From assembly GCA_013416795.1 (NCBI GenBank), contig RQSC01000598.1, forward strand, positions 1 to 49,133: DNA of 49,133 nucleotides, read 5' to 3'. Position numbers and translations under genes: made by a program. Under the pieces are notes generated by a model. That model saw only the letters and a list, made by a program, of their open reading frames with translations. It did not search any database and was not told the origin of the DNA. The stretch comes from Prasinococcaceae sp. CCMP 1430. Lineage: Eukaryota > Plantae > Prasinodermophyta. This document shows, in pieces, positions 1 to 10,367 of the stretch. Each line of letters begins with the position of its first letter. Position 1 is the stretch's first letter.

Positions 1-676
1 GCCTCCCCACAGCCACCCCACCCAACCCCACCCCGCGCGGCCTCCCCCTGACCGGGCGGGAGGGCTGCCCGCGCAGCCTCTGCGCCCCCTGCGCGCACGC
101 GTTGTGGCGGGCCACCGCGCGCGCGCGCGCGCGCGCGCAGCAGCGACCACGCCGCCTCCGCAAAATACCGCAAACATACCATCAGATATGACCCTTTTCA
201 CGGCTAATCACACCGCGAAATATCTTCCGTGAATGCCGGGCGCGGTGGCCCACGGCGCAAACCCTCGTTCGGATTCCATTAGGAATCCATATTATACGAA
301 CACATACGAAGTATCCACAAACATGTATGGACATATAAATGAATTAAATAGGATTCCATATTTCGCGCGGGGCGCGACGCGCCCCTTGCGGTCCCCGCGA
401 GCCCGTTTTTTTGGAGGTGTGGTTTTACAGTATTTTTCCCACGCGCCCGTGTTTTCTCCTTCACATTCATTTTGATGTTGATGTTGATTTTGATTTTGAT
501 ATTTTATTTTTAGTTGGTGCGGAAATCGCTCCCCGGAGAGGTGGGAATTTTGCGGCGCGCGCTCGGGGGCGGGCGCGGAGGCAGGGCTGGCCACTCCGCG
601 CTCCTCTGGCGGCGCCGGGAGGGGGGGCGTCGAGGGGCGGGCCTCTGGCGCGCGCGCGTGCGAACGAACGACAGCC

Positions 677-1183
677 ATGCAGGTGCGCTGGCGCGCTGGC
701 GCGCGCGCGCGCGAGCGAGCGAGCGAGCGAGCGAGCGAGCGAGCGAGTGGGGAAGGGGGGGGCGGGTGCGCGCGGGAGGGATGGCGCGCGCCCTAAATTG
801 GCGACGCTCGGCGCCAGCGGGGCGCATGCGCGGCGGAGGCAGGGGCCGCACGTCCGCGTCCGCGTCCCCGTCCGCCGGCCCGCCCGCCCGCCCGCGCTGC
901 CCGCGCTGCTCGCGCGCACGTGCAGTCGGCGGACCGCTTCAACATCAACTCGCAGCTCGAGCACCTGCAGTCGAAGCATGTGGGCACCGGCCACGCCGAT
1001 CTGAGCCGCCACGAGTGGGCGACGAACATCCATCGCGACTCGATCGCCTCGTACATCGGCCACAGCGCCATGACGCGGTACATGGCCGTCGCGGAGAATG
1101 AGGCGGTGGGCCGTGTGCGCTTCAACCTCATGCAGAAGATGCTGCTGCCATGTGGCCTCCCACCTGACAAGGGCGAGGACTGA
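677..1183 (+). CDS. SF3B5: Splicing factor 3B subunit 5 (SF3b10); exons 677-682 and 926-1183
   Basis: ATG CAG|GTGCGC at 677-688, intron 683-925 ending TGCAG. Spliced protein MQSADRFNINSQLEHLQSKHVGTGHADLSRHEW...MQKMLLPCGLPPDKGED is the recognisable ~87-aa SF3b5 sequence. TGTAA twice downstream (1231, 1243). Confidence 0.96.
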
Positions 1184-1228
1184 CCGCGCCGCACCAGGCC
1201 GTGCCGCGGCGGCAGCGCCCGTGCGCAT

Positions 1229-1306
1229 GTTGTAATCAATACTGTAACGCCCTTTGCAACTGCTCTCGCTCGCTCGCTCCCTTCGGCAGTCGTGTGTGAT
1301 TACAAT
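1229..1306. terminator. Shared 3' region of convergent SF3B5/GT4 with TGTAA polyadenylation signals on both strands
   Basis: TGTAA at 1231 and 1243 (+) and TTACA at 1300 (TGTAA on -). TGTAA is the established chlorophyte poly(A) signal. Confidence 0.65.
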
Positions 1307-3539
1307 ACAGTGGGTGAGATCTTAGTGTTGTGGCTACCCCGTTTGTGCTTGGCGTTCGCCGCTAGTGGGATGAGGTCGTTGGCGCGCGAGCGCGCGAGCA
1401 CCTCGGCAAAGAGCGCATCTGCATCGTGCGCCTTGGCGGCGGCCGCGCGCTCTGCGCTCATCGCGGCGTTGCCCTGCGAGCCCACGCCAATGTTGTGCCG
1501 CTCAGACTCTCGCGCGCGTCGGAGCTTGCTGATGCGCCCCCGAAAGTGCTCCTTGTCAGCGTGCGTGCGCGGCAACTGGCGGAGAGAGTCCGCGCTCCCT
1601 CCGGCCCCGCTGCCATCCGCATCAGCAACGTCGCTGCTCCGAGTCACGCCGCTCTCACTGGCCGCGTCAATCGCCTCGAGTACCTTCGTAGGCAGCGCCT
1701 CTCCCCTGGCGATGCCAGCCTCCGCCTCGGCGAGACGGCGTGCGGTCAAGCGCGAGAATGCACCCTCGAGGCGCTCCGTGAGCGCAACAGCGAGGCGCGC
1801 AGGCGACCAGTGGCGCCGGAGCTCCGCGCTGAGGCGCGCCCCCGCCGAGGCGGCGCCTGAAGGCCCAAGCTCGTACAGCGAGCGCATCGCGCTGCGGAGC
1901 TCGGCGATGCTGGGCTCGGCGTCACTGCTCGTCCTGTCGACGGCGACGTCGACCATCGCGTAGGCCGTCCGCGCGTCGCAGAAGCCCGTAAAGCCAGAAA
2001 AGTTTGTCACTATGGCAGGCAGGCCGCTCATCATGGCCTCCATAGCCGGCAGCCCCCAGCCCTCGCCCCGCGATGGCAACACGAACGCATCGGCAGCGCG
2101 ATACATGGCCGCCAGGCCCGACCTGTCGAGCTCGCCGTCAAGCACCGTCGCCGCAGCGGCGCTTGCCTCGTCGAGCCCCATGCTTTTCATAATCGCGTCC
2201 ATCTCGGCGCCCACGGTCGAATACTGGATGACATCCCACGGCGCCATGTACGTGCGAAGGTACAGCTCGACGTTGTCGCCCGCGCCAAACTCCTCCCAGT
2301 ACGCCCGTAGGAGCGCCCCGTACCCCTTGCGCTCCGTCCACCGAAAATTCGAGAGGAAGCGGAACGGCCGCGCGCTGGAAGCTGCTCCTCTCGCCTCAAT
2401 TTCATCGCTCGTCCGTGGCACGAAGAGTGCATCGCTGTCCACAGCCTCGCCCAGCACGTGCACGTCTGGGCAGCCCGCATCCTCGTAGACTCTCGCGTGC
2501 CACTCCGTGGGCACCCACGTCTCGTCTGCGAGCTTGCAGCAGCGCACATCGTTGGCGGGCACTTGCATGCTCTCAGACATTGTGCGCATGACGCGGTATT
2601 GGCGACACTTGCCCGTGCGTGAGCACAGCGGCTCACGCACGGGCTCGCGCCGGCCATGGCCTCGCCCAATTCCCCACCCGCGCGCGTCGGTCCCCCCCCA
2701 CTCGCATTCGTGTCCGACCGAATGATGGGACACATGGACGGGCGCGCCTTTTGCGTGCGCCTTGAGCACGGCGCCTTGGTGCGCTTTCACAAGTGCGCGC
2801 TCAGTCTGCGTGAGCTTGCCCAGCATAGCATCGCTGCAGTCGCCTACGCGCATGGAGACAAGCCACTTGGCATCTGAATGACCGCCATGGTGCCCATGAC
2901 CGCCTGCACGCGTCGAGAGTGTGCATCCACGCGCCCATGAGCGTGGGCGCGCGGGCGCGCATACGCAAACACACAGACACAGAGGGAGCAGCGTCCAGTC
3001 AGCACGAGGCGCATCGGGCTGCTGGGTGTGCGAGCGGCGAGCCTCACAGGGGGCACCCCCGTACCGTTGGCATCGCCGTCCATGGCGAGCGCACGCGCGC
3101 TCGCAAAGCGCTCGGCATCCGCGTCGACGGCCGTCGCGAAGCCCAAGAACTCAGAGAAGAAGCCTGAGAAGTCGCACCCGACGCCAAAGTCCCACGATGC
3201 CACGCGTGCGGGGAGCATGGCCGCGTTCTGCGGCAGCACGAACGGGACTGCCTCAACGTCGGCTCCGCCCGCGTTGCTCTTTCCTGTGCCTGCGGCGCCG
3301 GTCCCACCCCCGGCGGTACCGCGGAGCTCGTGGGCGCTGCCTCGCCTGTACGGGCGCGCGCGCGAACGGCCACGCGCGGCAGTGATGCCCGGCTCTCCCA
3401 CCAGCTCCGCCGCGCCACCCCACTGCCCGCCGCCCTGCCCTGGCAGCAGCGCCATGAACGCCCATGCCGCCAACGCGCACGCCGCCAGCGCAGCCGCGGC
3501 CACGAGCGCGGCTGTGCGCGAATCCCGTGCGCTTCCCAT
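1300..3539 (-). CDS. GT-B fold family 4 (group 1) glycosyltransferase with N-terminal membrane anchor; 2 exons (intron ~2904-2980)
   Basis: ATG 3539 (MGSARDSRTAALVAAAALAACALAAWAFMALL, TM-like). Acceptor TGCAG at 2904 joins to the frame of ORF 1300-2853, which has FRFLSNFRWTERKG and AADAFVLPSRGEGWGLPAMEAMMSGLPAIVT (GT4 EX7E motif). The exact donor (2980 or 2974) is uncertain. Confidence 0.85.
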
Positions 3540-3710
3540 CCCGCCGCAACCACCACCCCACACACCTCCCTTGCTCCACAGTCGAGGTGTGGCGCACCGC
3601 AGCAGGTCCTGAAAGAAAAAAGATCGCACTCGGGTGCGCGCGCGCCACATGGCGGGCGCGCACGCACACCACCCGGCGCGCGTGCTTCCGCCAAGCTCGC
3701 AGCGCTCGGC

Positions 3711-5782
3711 ATGAACGTTGAAGGCGGCGGCCCGGAGGACGCGGAGGAAGCCGCCGCAATGGAGGGCGCCAGCGGCTCGGACGGCGACGCGAGCGACGCG
3801 AGCGGCGACACCTGCTTCCCGGACGGCGACGCGAGCGACGCGAGCGGCGACACCAGCCTCTCGGACGGCGACCCGAGCGACGCAAGCACTTCGTCCGAGG
3901 CTGACTATGCGTACTACGAAGAGGACGACGACCCGGATGCGGGGATGCACAACATCGACGAGGGGGGCTTCGCCGCCCTACTCGCGCAGCTCGGGGCAGA
4001 CTTCGAGCCAGCACGCGAGGCGCTCGACACCGGGAGCGAGCTTGCGGCCGAGTTGCGGGCACTCACTGGAGGCGGTGGCGGCGGCGGCGGCGGTGTCGAT
4101 GGTGCTCACACGCCGCCTGTTATGGCAAGTGCGTACGCAATGCTCGCGCGGCGCGAGGGCAACACGCGTGCGCATGTGCGGGCTGCGCCGACGCTAGCGC
4201 CAGCGGAGACAGGCGGGGCAGGGGGGGAGGTGGCGCCGTCGCCGGCGTCGACTCCACCTCCAAAGCGCGCGCGCGCAGGCAGAGAGAGTGGCTTGGACTT
4301 CACGGGTAGCGGAACGGGCGTTGGTGGCGCGGACGCGGGAGCTCCGCCCGCCCTCACAGCGGACCCAGGCTCCCCTGCCACACCACCCGTGGGCGCTGCT
4401 GCCCGGCCGCCCCCGCGCAGCATGCCCGGTGGCTGCGGCTTGGGGGCGCGCACGGGAACGTTCAGCCCGGCGGCACAGCGCCACCTCGCACAGCGCTTCC
4501 TGCCGACGTGTGCGGCTGGGAATCTCGACGACCGCCCCGCGCGCGCGTATATCGCGCGCTTCTCGCGCGACGGCTCCGTGGCCGTCGCAGGCTTCCAGGA
4601 CAGCCGCATCCGCCTGTACGACGCCACAGGCGCTGGCGCGGGCGAGGGCGTTGGCACGAGCATGGGCGGCGCTGCCGTGCTGAAGGACGTCAGTGCGCGG
4701 TCGGTGCAGTGGACAGTGACGGATGTCGACCTCACGCCTGATGGGGAGGTCCTCGCGTACTCGTCGATCAACCCGACGGTTCGCCTGGCACGCGTGGGCG
4801 CCGCAGGGGGTGTCGAGTCCGTGGCCAACGTGACTGACGTGCACGAGAATGTTGACCTCCTCACCGAGCGCGAGACCGAGGCGGGCTTCCATATGGGAGT
4901 GTGGGCGGTTGAGTTCAGTGCCGACGGTAAGGCTCTGCTCGCGGGCACCAGTGCGCACGCCGCGGTGGTGTACGACATGGAGAGCGCACAGACGACCGCT
5001 TGGATCCTCGGGCACAACGACGACGTGAACGGGTGCTGCTTCGCGGATCAGTCCGGCCACATCTTCTTCACGGCGTCCGACGACTGTACCGCGAAAGTGT
5101 GGGTGCGTGCGCGTGCGCGTGCGAGCGCTCGCCTGTTTGCGCGTCTGTTCAAGCACGCGCGCGCGCGCGGCGCCTCTGACAACCTGCGCCGCCCGCTCAG
5201 GACACGCGCACGCCCGGCTGCCAGCGCGGCCGGAGGCGCCAGGCCACCCCGTGCGGCGTGTTTATGGGGCACACGGAGGGCCTTACGCACGTCGCCAGCC
5301 GCGGCGACGGGCGCTACCTGTGCACCAACGGAAAGGACCAGCTCCTGAAGCTGTGGGACACGCGCCGCATGACCGACGCAACAACGCACTACTTCCGCGG
5401 CTTCGACCTGGGGCTGCCCAGAGGCGTGCGTGGTGTCACCACGGGCTTCGACTATAGGTGGATGCCCTACCCGCTGAGCCGCCTGCGTTTTCACAACCCG
5501 CACGACACGTCGGTGGCGACCTTTCGGGGCCACTCGGTGCTAAAGACGCTCATCAGGTGCAAGTTTAGCCCACAGCACACCACCGGGCAGCGGTACATCT
5601 ACACCGGCTCGAACTGCGGAAGAGTTCGCATCTATGATATCCTCACGTCGGAATGCGTGGGCACGTGCGCGGGCGTACACCAGGGCCCAGTGAGGGACGT
5701 GAGTTGGCACCCAACAGAGCCGTTGATGCTCACGGCGGGCTGGGACGGCCGGGTGCACACGTGGACGCCGCCGGAGCTGTGA
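3711..5782 (+). CDS. DCAF11: WD40 protein DCAF11/WDR23/LEC14B-like (CUL4-DDB1 substrate receptor); exons 3711-5102 and 5201-5782
   Basis: Motifs AYIARFSRDG, ARSVQWTVTDVDL, GHNDDVN, ASDDCTAKVW|DTR, GHTEGLTHVASRGDGRYL, GFDYRWMPYP, TFRGHSVLKTLIRCKFSP, TGQRYIYTGS, VRDVSWHP. Intron 5103-5200 is GTGCGT...CTGAC...CAG and restores the frame. Confidence 0.92.
3780..3890 (+). repeat. Coding tandem repeat, 42-bp unit x ~2.7 (DGDASDASGDTxxx) in the acidic N-terminus of DCAF11
   Basis: GACGGCGAC recurs at 3780, 3822 and 3864. Confidence 0.85.
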
Positions 5783-5916
5783 TCGGCCTTCTCCGCTGCG
5801 CGGCAGACGCTGCGCGCCCGCGGCCGCGCGTACGGCGCAGTTTTTGCACACACGGCGCCCGTGCGCGCGCGCTCGCCTCCATCAGTGTACACTGTATTTC
5901 TGTACTGCAGTAACCA

Positions 5917-7876
5917 TTACTGTACTATTGTTGACCACGGGGAGGCCATGAAGGCAGCGTGGGCACCGACCGCCATTCCTGCGCTCGTCGCGCTGCCGCT
6001 AAGCGTGCGTGCGGGCTTGTGGGCGCTTCCGCGTGACACGCTCGCTTGGCGAGGCGGCGCTCGGCGAGGACGGGGCTTACTGTGCGGACACGCCCGCGCG
6101 TGCCTCCGCAGCTGCCATTTCCTGTCCGGGGCGGTCATATCTGTGCCGCTCCCGCTCCTCCTGCAGCCCCTCCTCCTGCTCCTGCTCCTGTGCCTGCAAG
6201 CTCTTTGCCGCGAGCCTCGCGGCCACCTCGTCCGAGCGGTGCGCCAAGACGTCGCCGTCGCGCGCGGAGCGGCGAGCGCGCATCGCCGCCGCCCGCGCCC
6301 GCGGCACCAGCGCGGCGTGTGCGTGGCGCACCGCGAGAGCGCACAGCGACTCGAGCGCCGCGCACGCGAGCTGCGGACGCGCGCAGGCCGCGCCTACAGC
6401 TGCCGCGCTGGCAATACGCTTCGCCGCGGGAGAGAGAGCGACATGGCTCGACGCCGCAGCTATGTACCAGGCGACACGGGGCGGGACGTGGTGCGTGCGG
6501 GTTAGCAAAGTGCACGTGGGCGTCCGGGCGAGTGCACGACCACGTCCCGACGTACGCAGGATGGCGTCCCGTTCGACGCTGCCATGCCGGCACGAACGCT
6601 AGTGCGTGGCGCCCACGCGCACAAACACGCACGCAGGCACGCACGCGACACAGGAGTACACAAACGAGCGCACGCACCGGCGGCGGCTTCAGAGGCCATC
6701 TGCCTACCGCGTGTGGGCAGGCACTGATACAGCGCGAGCTCGAGTGCCTCGAAGGCGTCCTCGGCGACCGTCGCGGGTGCAACCGCCAGCGCGCTCGCCA
6801 ACGCCGCCGCGAGCAACGTGGCCTCGGCGGCTTCGGCGGCGGGCACGGCGCTGGCCGCTTCGGACGTTACCGCAAGCGCAAGTGCCTGCCACGCCGCACG
6901 CCGCTCGAGCACGGCAGGCTCCGAGCGCACCATCGCCACGAGGCCCTCACGCAGCACGAGCCGACAGCGCGCGCCGTAGTCGCACTCTGCCCCAGCACTC
7001 GCGGAGGGGAGGGGCGCTGCATGCATCTCCATGCACGTCACGACGAGCTCCTCGAGCGTGCCGACCGGCGCCTCGCGCGCGCAGGCGGCGAGCAGCGCCT
7101 GAGCGACCGCTGGTCCAAGGCCGCACGCTGCAGCAACGGCCGCGCCCAGCGCTGGCCTGGACGCAGCAGCTGCTGCGGCGAGCATGCCTTCGGCGGCGGC
7201 CAGTGCTACAGCCGGTGCCGGCTTGCCCCACGCGCTGCCGCTGCGCACGCCCTCTGCGAAGCGCTTGAGATCGTTCGGAGCAGTGCTCGCGCCGCTGCCG
7301 ACGAGCGCTGCCGTCCACAGCGGCATGTCGATAGCCGCACGCAGCATCGGCGCTGCCGTCGCCTCGGACGCGCACGCAGCGACGGCCGCGGCGGCCCCGC
7401 GCGCGCCCAGCGCACCCTTCCGATACCAGCACCTGGGGGAGATGATGTCGCTGGGCAAGACGAGTGGCGTCCGCCAGCAGCTCCACTGCTGCCGCAGGCT
7501 CGATCACAAATGCCGACGCAAGGAAAAGTTCGGCCGCCTCGAGCGCCGCTGCAGCAGGGGGTGCACTCTCCCTCTCCCTCGCTCTCGCGAACGCCCCGAG
7601 GTAGGGCGCGAGCAGCGCTGCATGCGCACGCGGTGCCGCCGCGCCAGCCGGCAGCGCCGCCGCACGTTGCAGGAGCGCGGGTGCCTCGGCGAGCACGGCC
7701 GCCTCAGTCGCGCCGTCATCATTGCCCTCGAGCGCAGACGCAGCGGCCGATGCGGCGACTGCCCTCGCCGCCACGGTGGCCGCGCTCTCGCCGCGCTCGG
7801 CAGCAGCGAGCCACGCGCGCACAACGCCCAGTGCGGCCGCAGCGGGTGCGGGCGCCTCCCCACCCGGCGCCGCCAT
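5917..7876 (-). CDS. Hypothetical Ala/Leu-rich alpha-helical (ARM/HEAT-like?) protein, multi-segment; exact structure unresolved
   Basis: ATG 7876 (MAAPGGEAPAPAAAALGVVRAWL). Protein-like stretches continue in ORFs 6947-7993, 6502-7458 and 6077-6508, with intron-like simple sequence at ~6510-6700. It is convergent with DCAF11 at a TGTA-rich 3' region. No family recognised. Confidence 0.55.
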
Positions 7877-8126
7877 CACCGTCCTGTGCGGCGCGTTCGC
7901 GCTGCACGGGTGTGGCACGCCAGGGAATGTTCGGGCCCCCGACTCTGGCGGGTGTTCGAGTGCGTGCGTGGGTGCGTGCCGAGCATGCCACAAACACTCA
8001 CACGCATGCGCGTGCGCTCACGTGCGCGCACTTGCGCGCGCACGCCCACCCACGCGCACCTTGCGCTCGCCAGGGAGCGCGCGGCGGCGCACGGGGGCTG
8101 CACCTGGCAGGGCGTGCACACTCACA

Positions 8127-10148
8127 ATGCGCTCTCCTGTGGCAGCAGCAGCCACATGCTCGGCGGCCGTGCTCTCAGCGGCTCTACTGCTGCTGCTGCC
8201 GCCGCTGCTCCTGCTGCCGGCGGCTCCATGCGCTGCTGCGCTGCGCGTGCTGCACATCTCCGATGTGCACGTGTCCGAGGCGGAGCGCGTTGCGCTCGAG
8301 GCGGCCGGCGGCGTACGGCTGGCACGAGCGGCGGCGCTCGTTGAGCTCGCGGCAGACGCGGCGCTCGCACCAACGCTCTCGTCCGTCGACGCCATCGTAC
8401 TCACGGGTGACGCGGTCGACGCCAAGCACGGCGCGCGCGGGCGTATCATCCGGCAGGATGAGCGCGAGTGGCGCGCGTACGCCACGGCAGTCGACGCGCT
8501 TGTCGCTGCGGCGGGGCTGTCGCCCGAGCGGGTCTTCGATGTTCGCGGCAACCACGACACGTACGCTGTGGGCGTCGGTGGCTACGATGGATTCCTCGCA
8601 CACAGCGCGACAGCCCGCGCCGGCCGTGACGCTCGCGCTCCCGCACACGCTGTGCTTATCGCCGATGACGGCGACGGCGGCGATGGCCACCGCTACGCGT
8701 TCGTCGGCGTCGACGCCACACAGCGCGCTGACGCAGCGGGCGGGCTCACCCGTGCGCTCAACTTCTACGGCCACGTCAGCGCCGACGCGCTAGCCGCCGT
8801 TCGCGGCCACCTCACCGATGCCGCGGCGGCCAACGCGACCGCCGTCGCTTTCGGCCACTATCCGCTCTCATTTGCGCGCGGTGGCAGCGAGCTGCGCGAG
8901 CTGCTCGCCGAGGGCGGCGCGGCCGCCTACCTCTGCGGCCACGTCCACACACTCTTCGGTGAGCGCGTGCGCGTGCGCCATGCCGGCGGCCTGTGGGAGC
9001 TGCAGCTCGCTGACTGGAAGTCCAACCGTGCGCTGCGCGTGCTCGAGCTGTACGCGGGCGAGGTTGTTGCTGCCGTCGACGTGCGCTGGCCCTCGGCCGC
9101 GCGCCTCGGCACAGGCGCTGGCGCGGGAGCGTCGGGCGATGGCGGCCTCGGCGCAGGCGGCCTCGCCAGCGCAGTGCTGCGCTTCGGCACGGAGCTCGTG
9201 GTGGGAATGACGGGGGTTGGTGGTGCCGAGGGCACGCCCGACGAGCGTTCAGAGCGAGCCGCAGCGGCGGCTACTGTCGAGCGCGCGGCGAAAGGAGCTG
9301 ACGCTCGCGTGGCCATCGCGGCGGCGATCGCGACCGAGTACATCGTGCACGCGGCGGAGGAGGCGGCAGGGAAGGGCGCGATGGATGAAGGCGCAGCCGC
9401 CTCGCCGGTGCCACGGAGCCTACAGGAGCTTGCGCTCGACGTCGACTGGTATGCCGCCGCGCCTGTGATGCTACAGCTGTGGCAGTTGGGCGCGCTGGTG
9501 CTCCTGATCGCTCCGCGGATGGTGGCGCTCGCGCGCAAGAATTGCTGCCCAAACGCCGACGCGCAGGCCACGTCCGCACGGCCGCCAGTGCCGCGGGCGT
9601 CCATCACGTACGCGTGGGAGGCACACGTGCGCTCGAGCACGCGCACGGGCTTGTGGATCGCCAAGGTACTGCTGGTGTGCCTGATCCCCTCCATGCCGTG
9701 GTTCATGGCCGAGGTGGACGGCTCGGCGCGCGTCGCATGGGTGGCACCCACTCGCGTGTTCTTTGGCGGCGTGCTTGGAACGACCGTGGAGAGACACGAG
9801 GGTGTCGCGATCGCACTGCCGCACCTGGTGGCGGTGTGGCTGCCAGGTCTGGCGCTGCTACCGCTCGTGCCTCTCCTCGCCGGAAAGCGCGCGCGCGACG
9901 AGAAGTGCTCGGCGGGAGGCAGTGCTGTGTGGGCCGCGCTCGTGTGCGTGCTGTTGGCGCCACTGCTGGCGTATCACGCGCACTCGCTGAAGCGCGCGTA
10001 CGATGCCTTCGGCTGGCGCTGCGTTGCATACTCGCCCGCGTTCGCATGGACGCTCCCCACGATTGCGCTGCTGGTTCTGTGGGAGGCGCGCATTCATGCA
10101 AGGGAGGACGCGCTTGACGCGAAGCGAGCCGAATCCAAGTCGGACTAG
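8127..10148 (+). CDS. Calcineurin-like metallophosphoesterase with signal peptide and C-terminal TM segments (TMEM62-like), intronless
   Basis: Motifs HISDVH, LTGDAVD, VRGNHD, FGHYP, YLCGHVH, WELQLADWK. N-terminal hydrophobic signal and several C-terminal hydrophobic helices. Confidence 0.88.
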   Translation: MRSPVAAAATCSAAVLSAALLLLLPPLLLLPAAPCAAALRVLHISDVHVSEAERVALEAAGGVRLARAAALVELAADAALAPTLSSVDAIVLTGDAVDAKHGARGRIIRQDEREWRAYATAVDALVAAAGLSPERVFDVRGNHDTYAVGVGGYDGFLAHSATARAGRDARAPAHAVLIADDGDGGDGHRYAFVGVDATQRADAAGGLTRALNFYGHVSADALAAVRGHLTDAAAANATAVAFGHYPLSFARGGSELRELLAEGGAAAYLCGHVHTLFGERVRVRHAGGLWELQLADWKSNRALRVLELYAGEVVAAVDVRWPSAARLGTGAGAGASGDGGLGAGGLASAVLRFGTELVVGMTGVGGAEGTPDERSERAAAAATVERAAKGADARVAIAAAIATEYIVHAAEEAAGKGAMDEGAAASPVPRSLQELALDVDWYAAAPVMLQLWQLGALVLLIAPRMVALARKNCCPNADAQATSARPPVPRASITYAWEAHVRSSTRTGLWIAKVLLVCLIPSMPWFMAEVDGSARVAWVAPTRVFFGGVLGTTVERHEGVAIALPHLVAVWLPGLALLPLVPLLAGKRARDEKCSAGGSAVWAALVCVLLAPLLAYHAHSLKRAYDAFGWRCVAYSPAFAWTLPTIALLVLWEARIHAREDALDAKRAESKSD

Positions 10149-10367
10149 AGCGGGTGGGGAAGCTAGGGCTGGGGACATGTCGTCGTGCTCATTGCATTCG
10201 CTACAACGCCGGACGTGGCCTCGAAGCGCCGCAGCAGGGGGCGAGTGCGCGCGCGCGCAGAACAAACACCGATTCATACAAAATAATTATCGTGCAATGC
10301 ACTTTCCACCCCGTGCCGAACGTCGACGAGAGCGTGCGAGACGTGAGCGTCCCCGAAGGCCTCGGCC

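Noticed and set aside
6046-8793. 915-aa Arg/Ala-rich plus ORF and many similar long overlapping ORFs (e.g. 30425-32857)
   Set aside because: Stop-codon scarcity at very high GC; they overlap well-supported genes on the other strand or frame.
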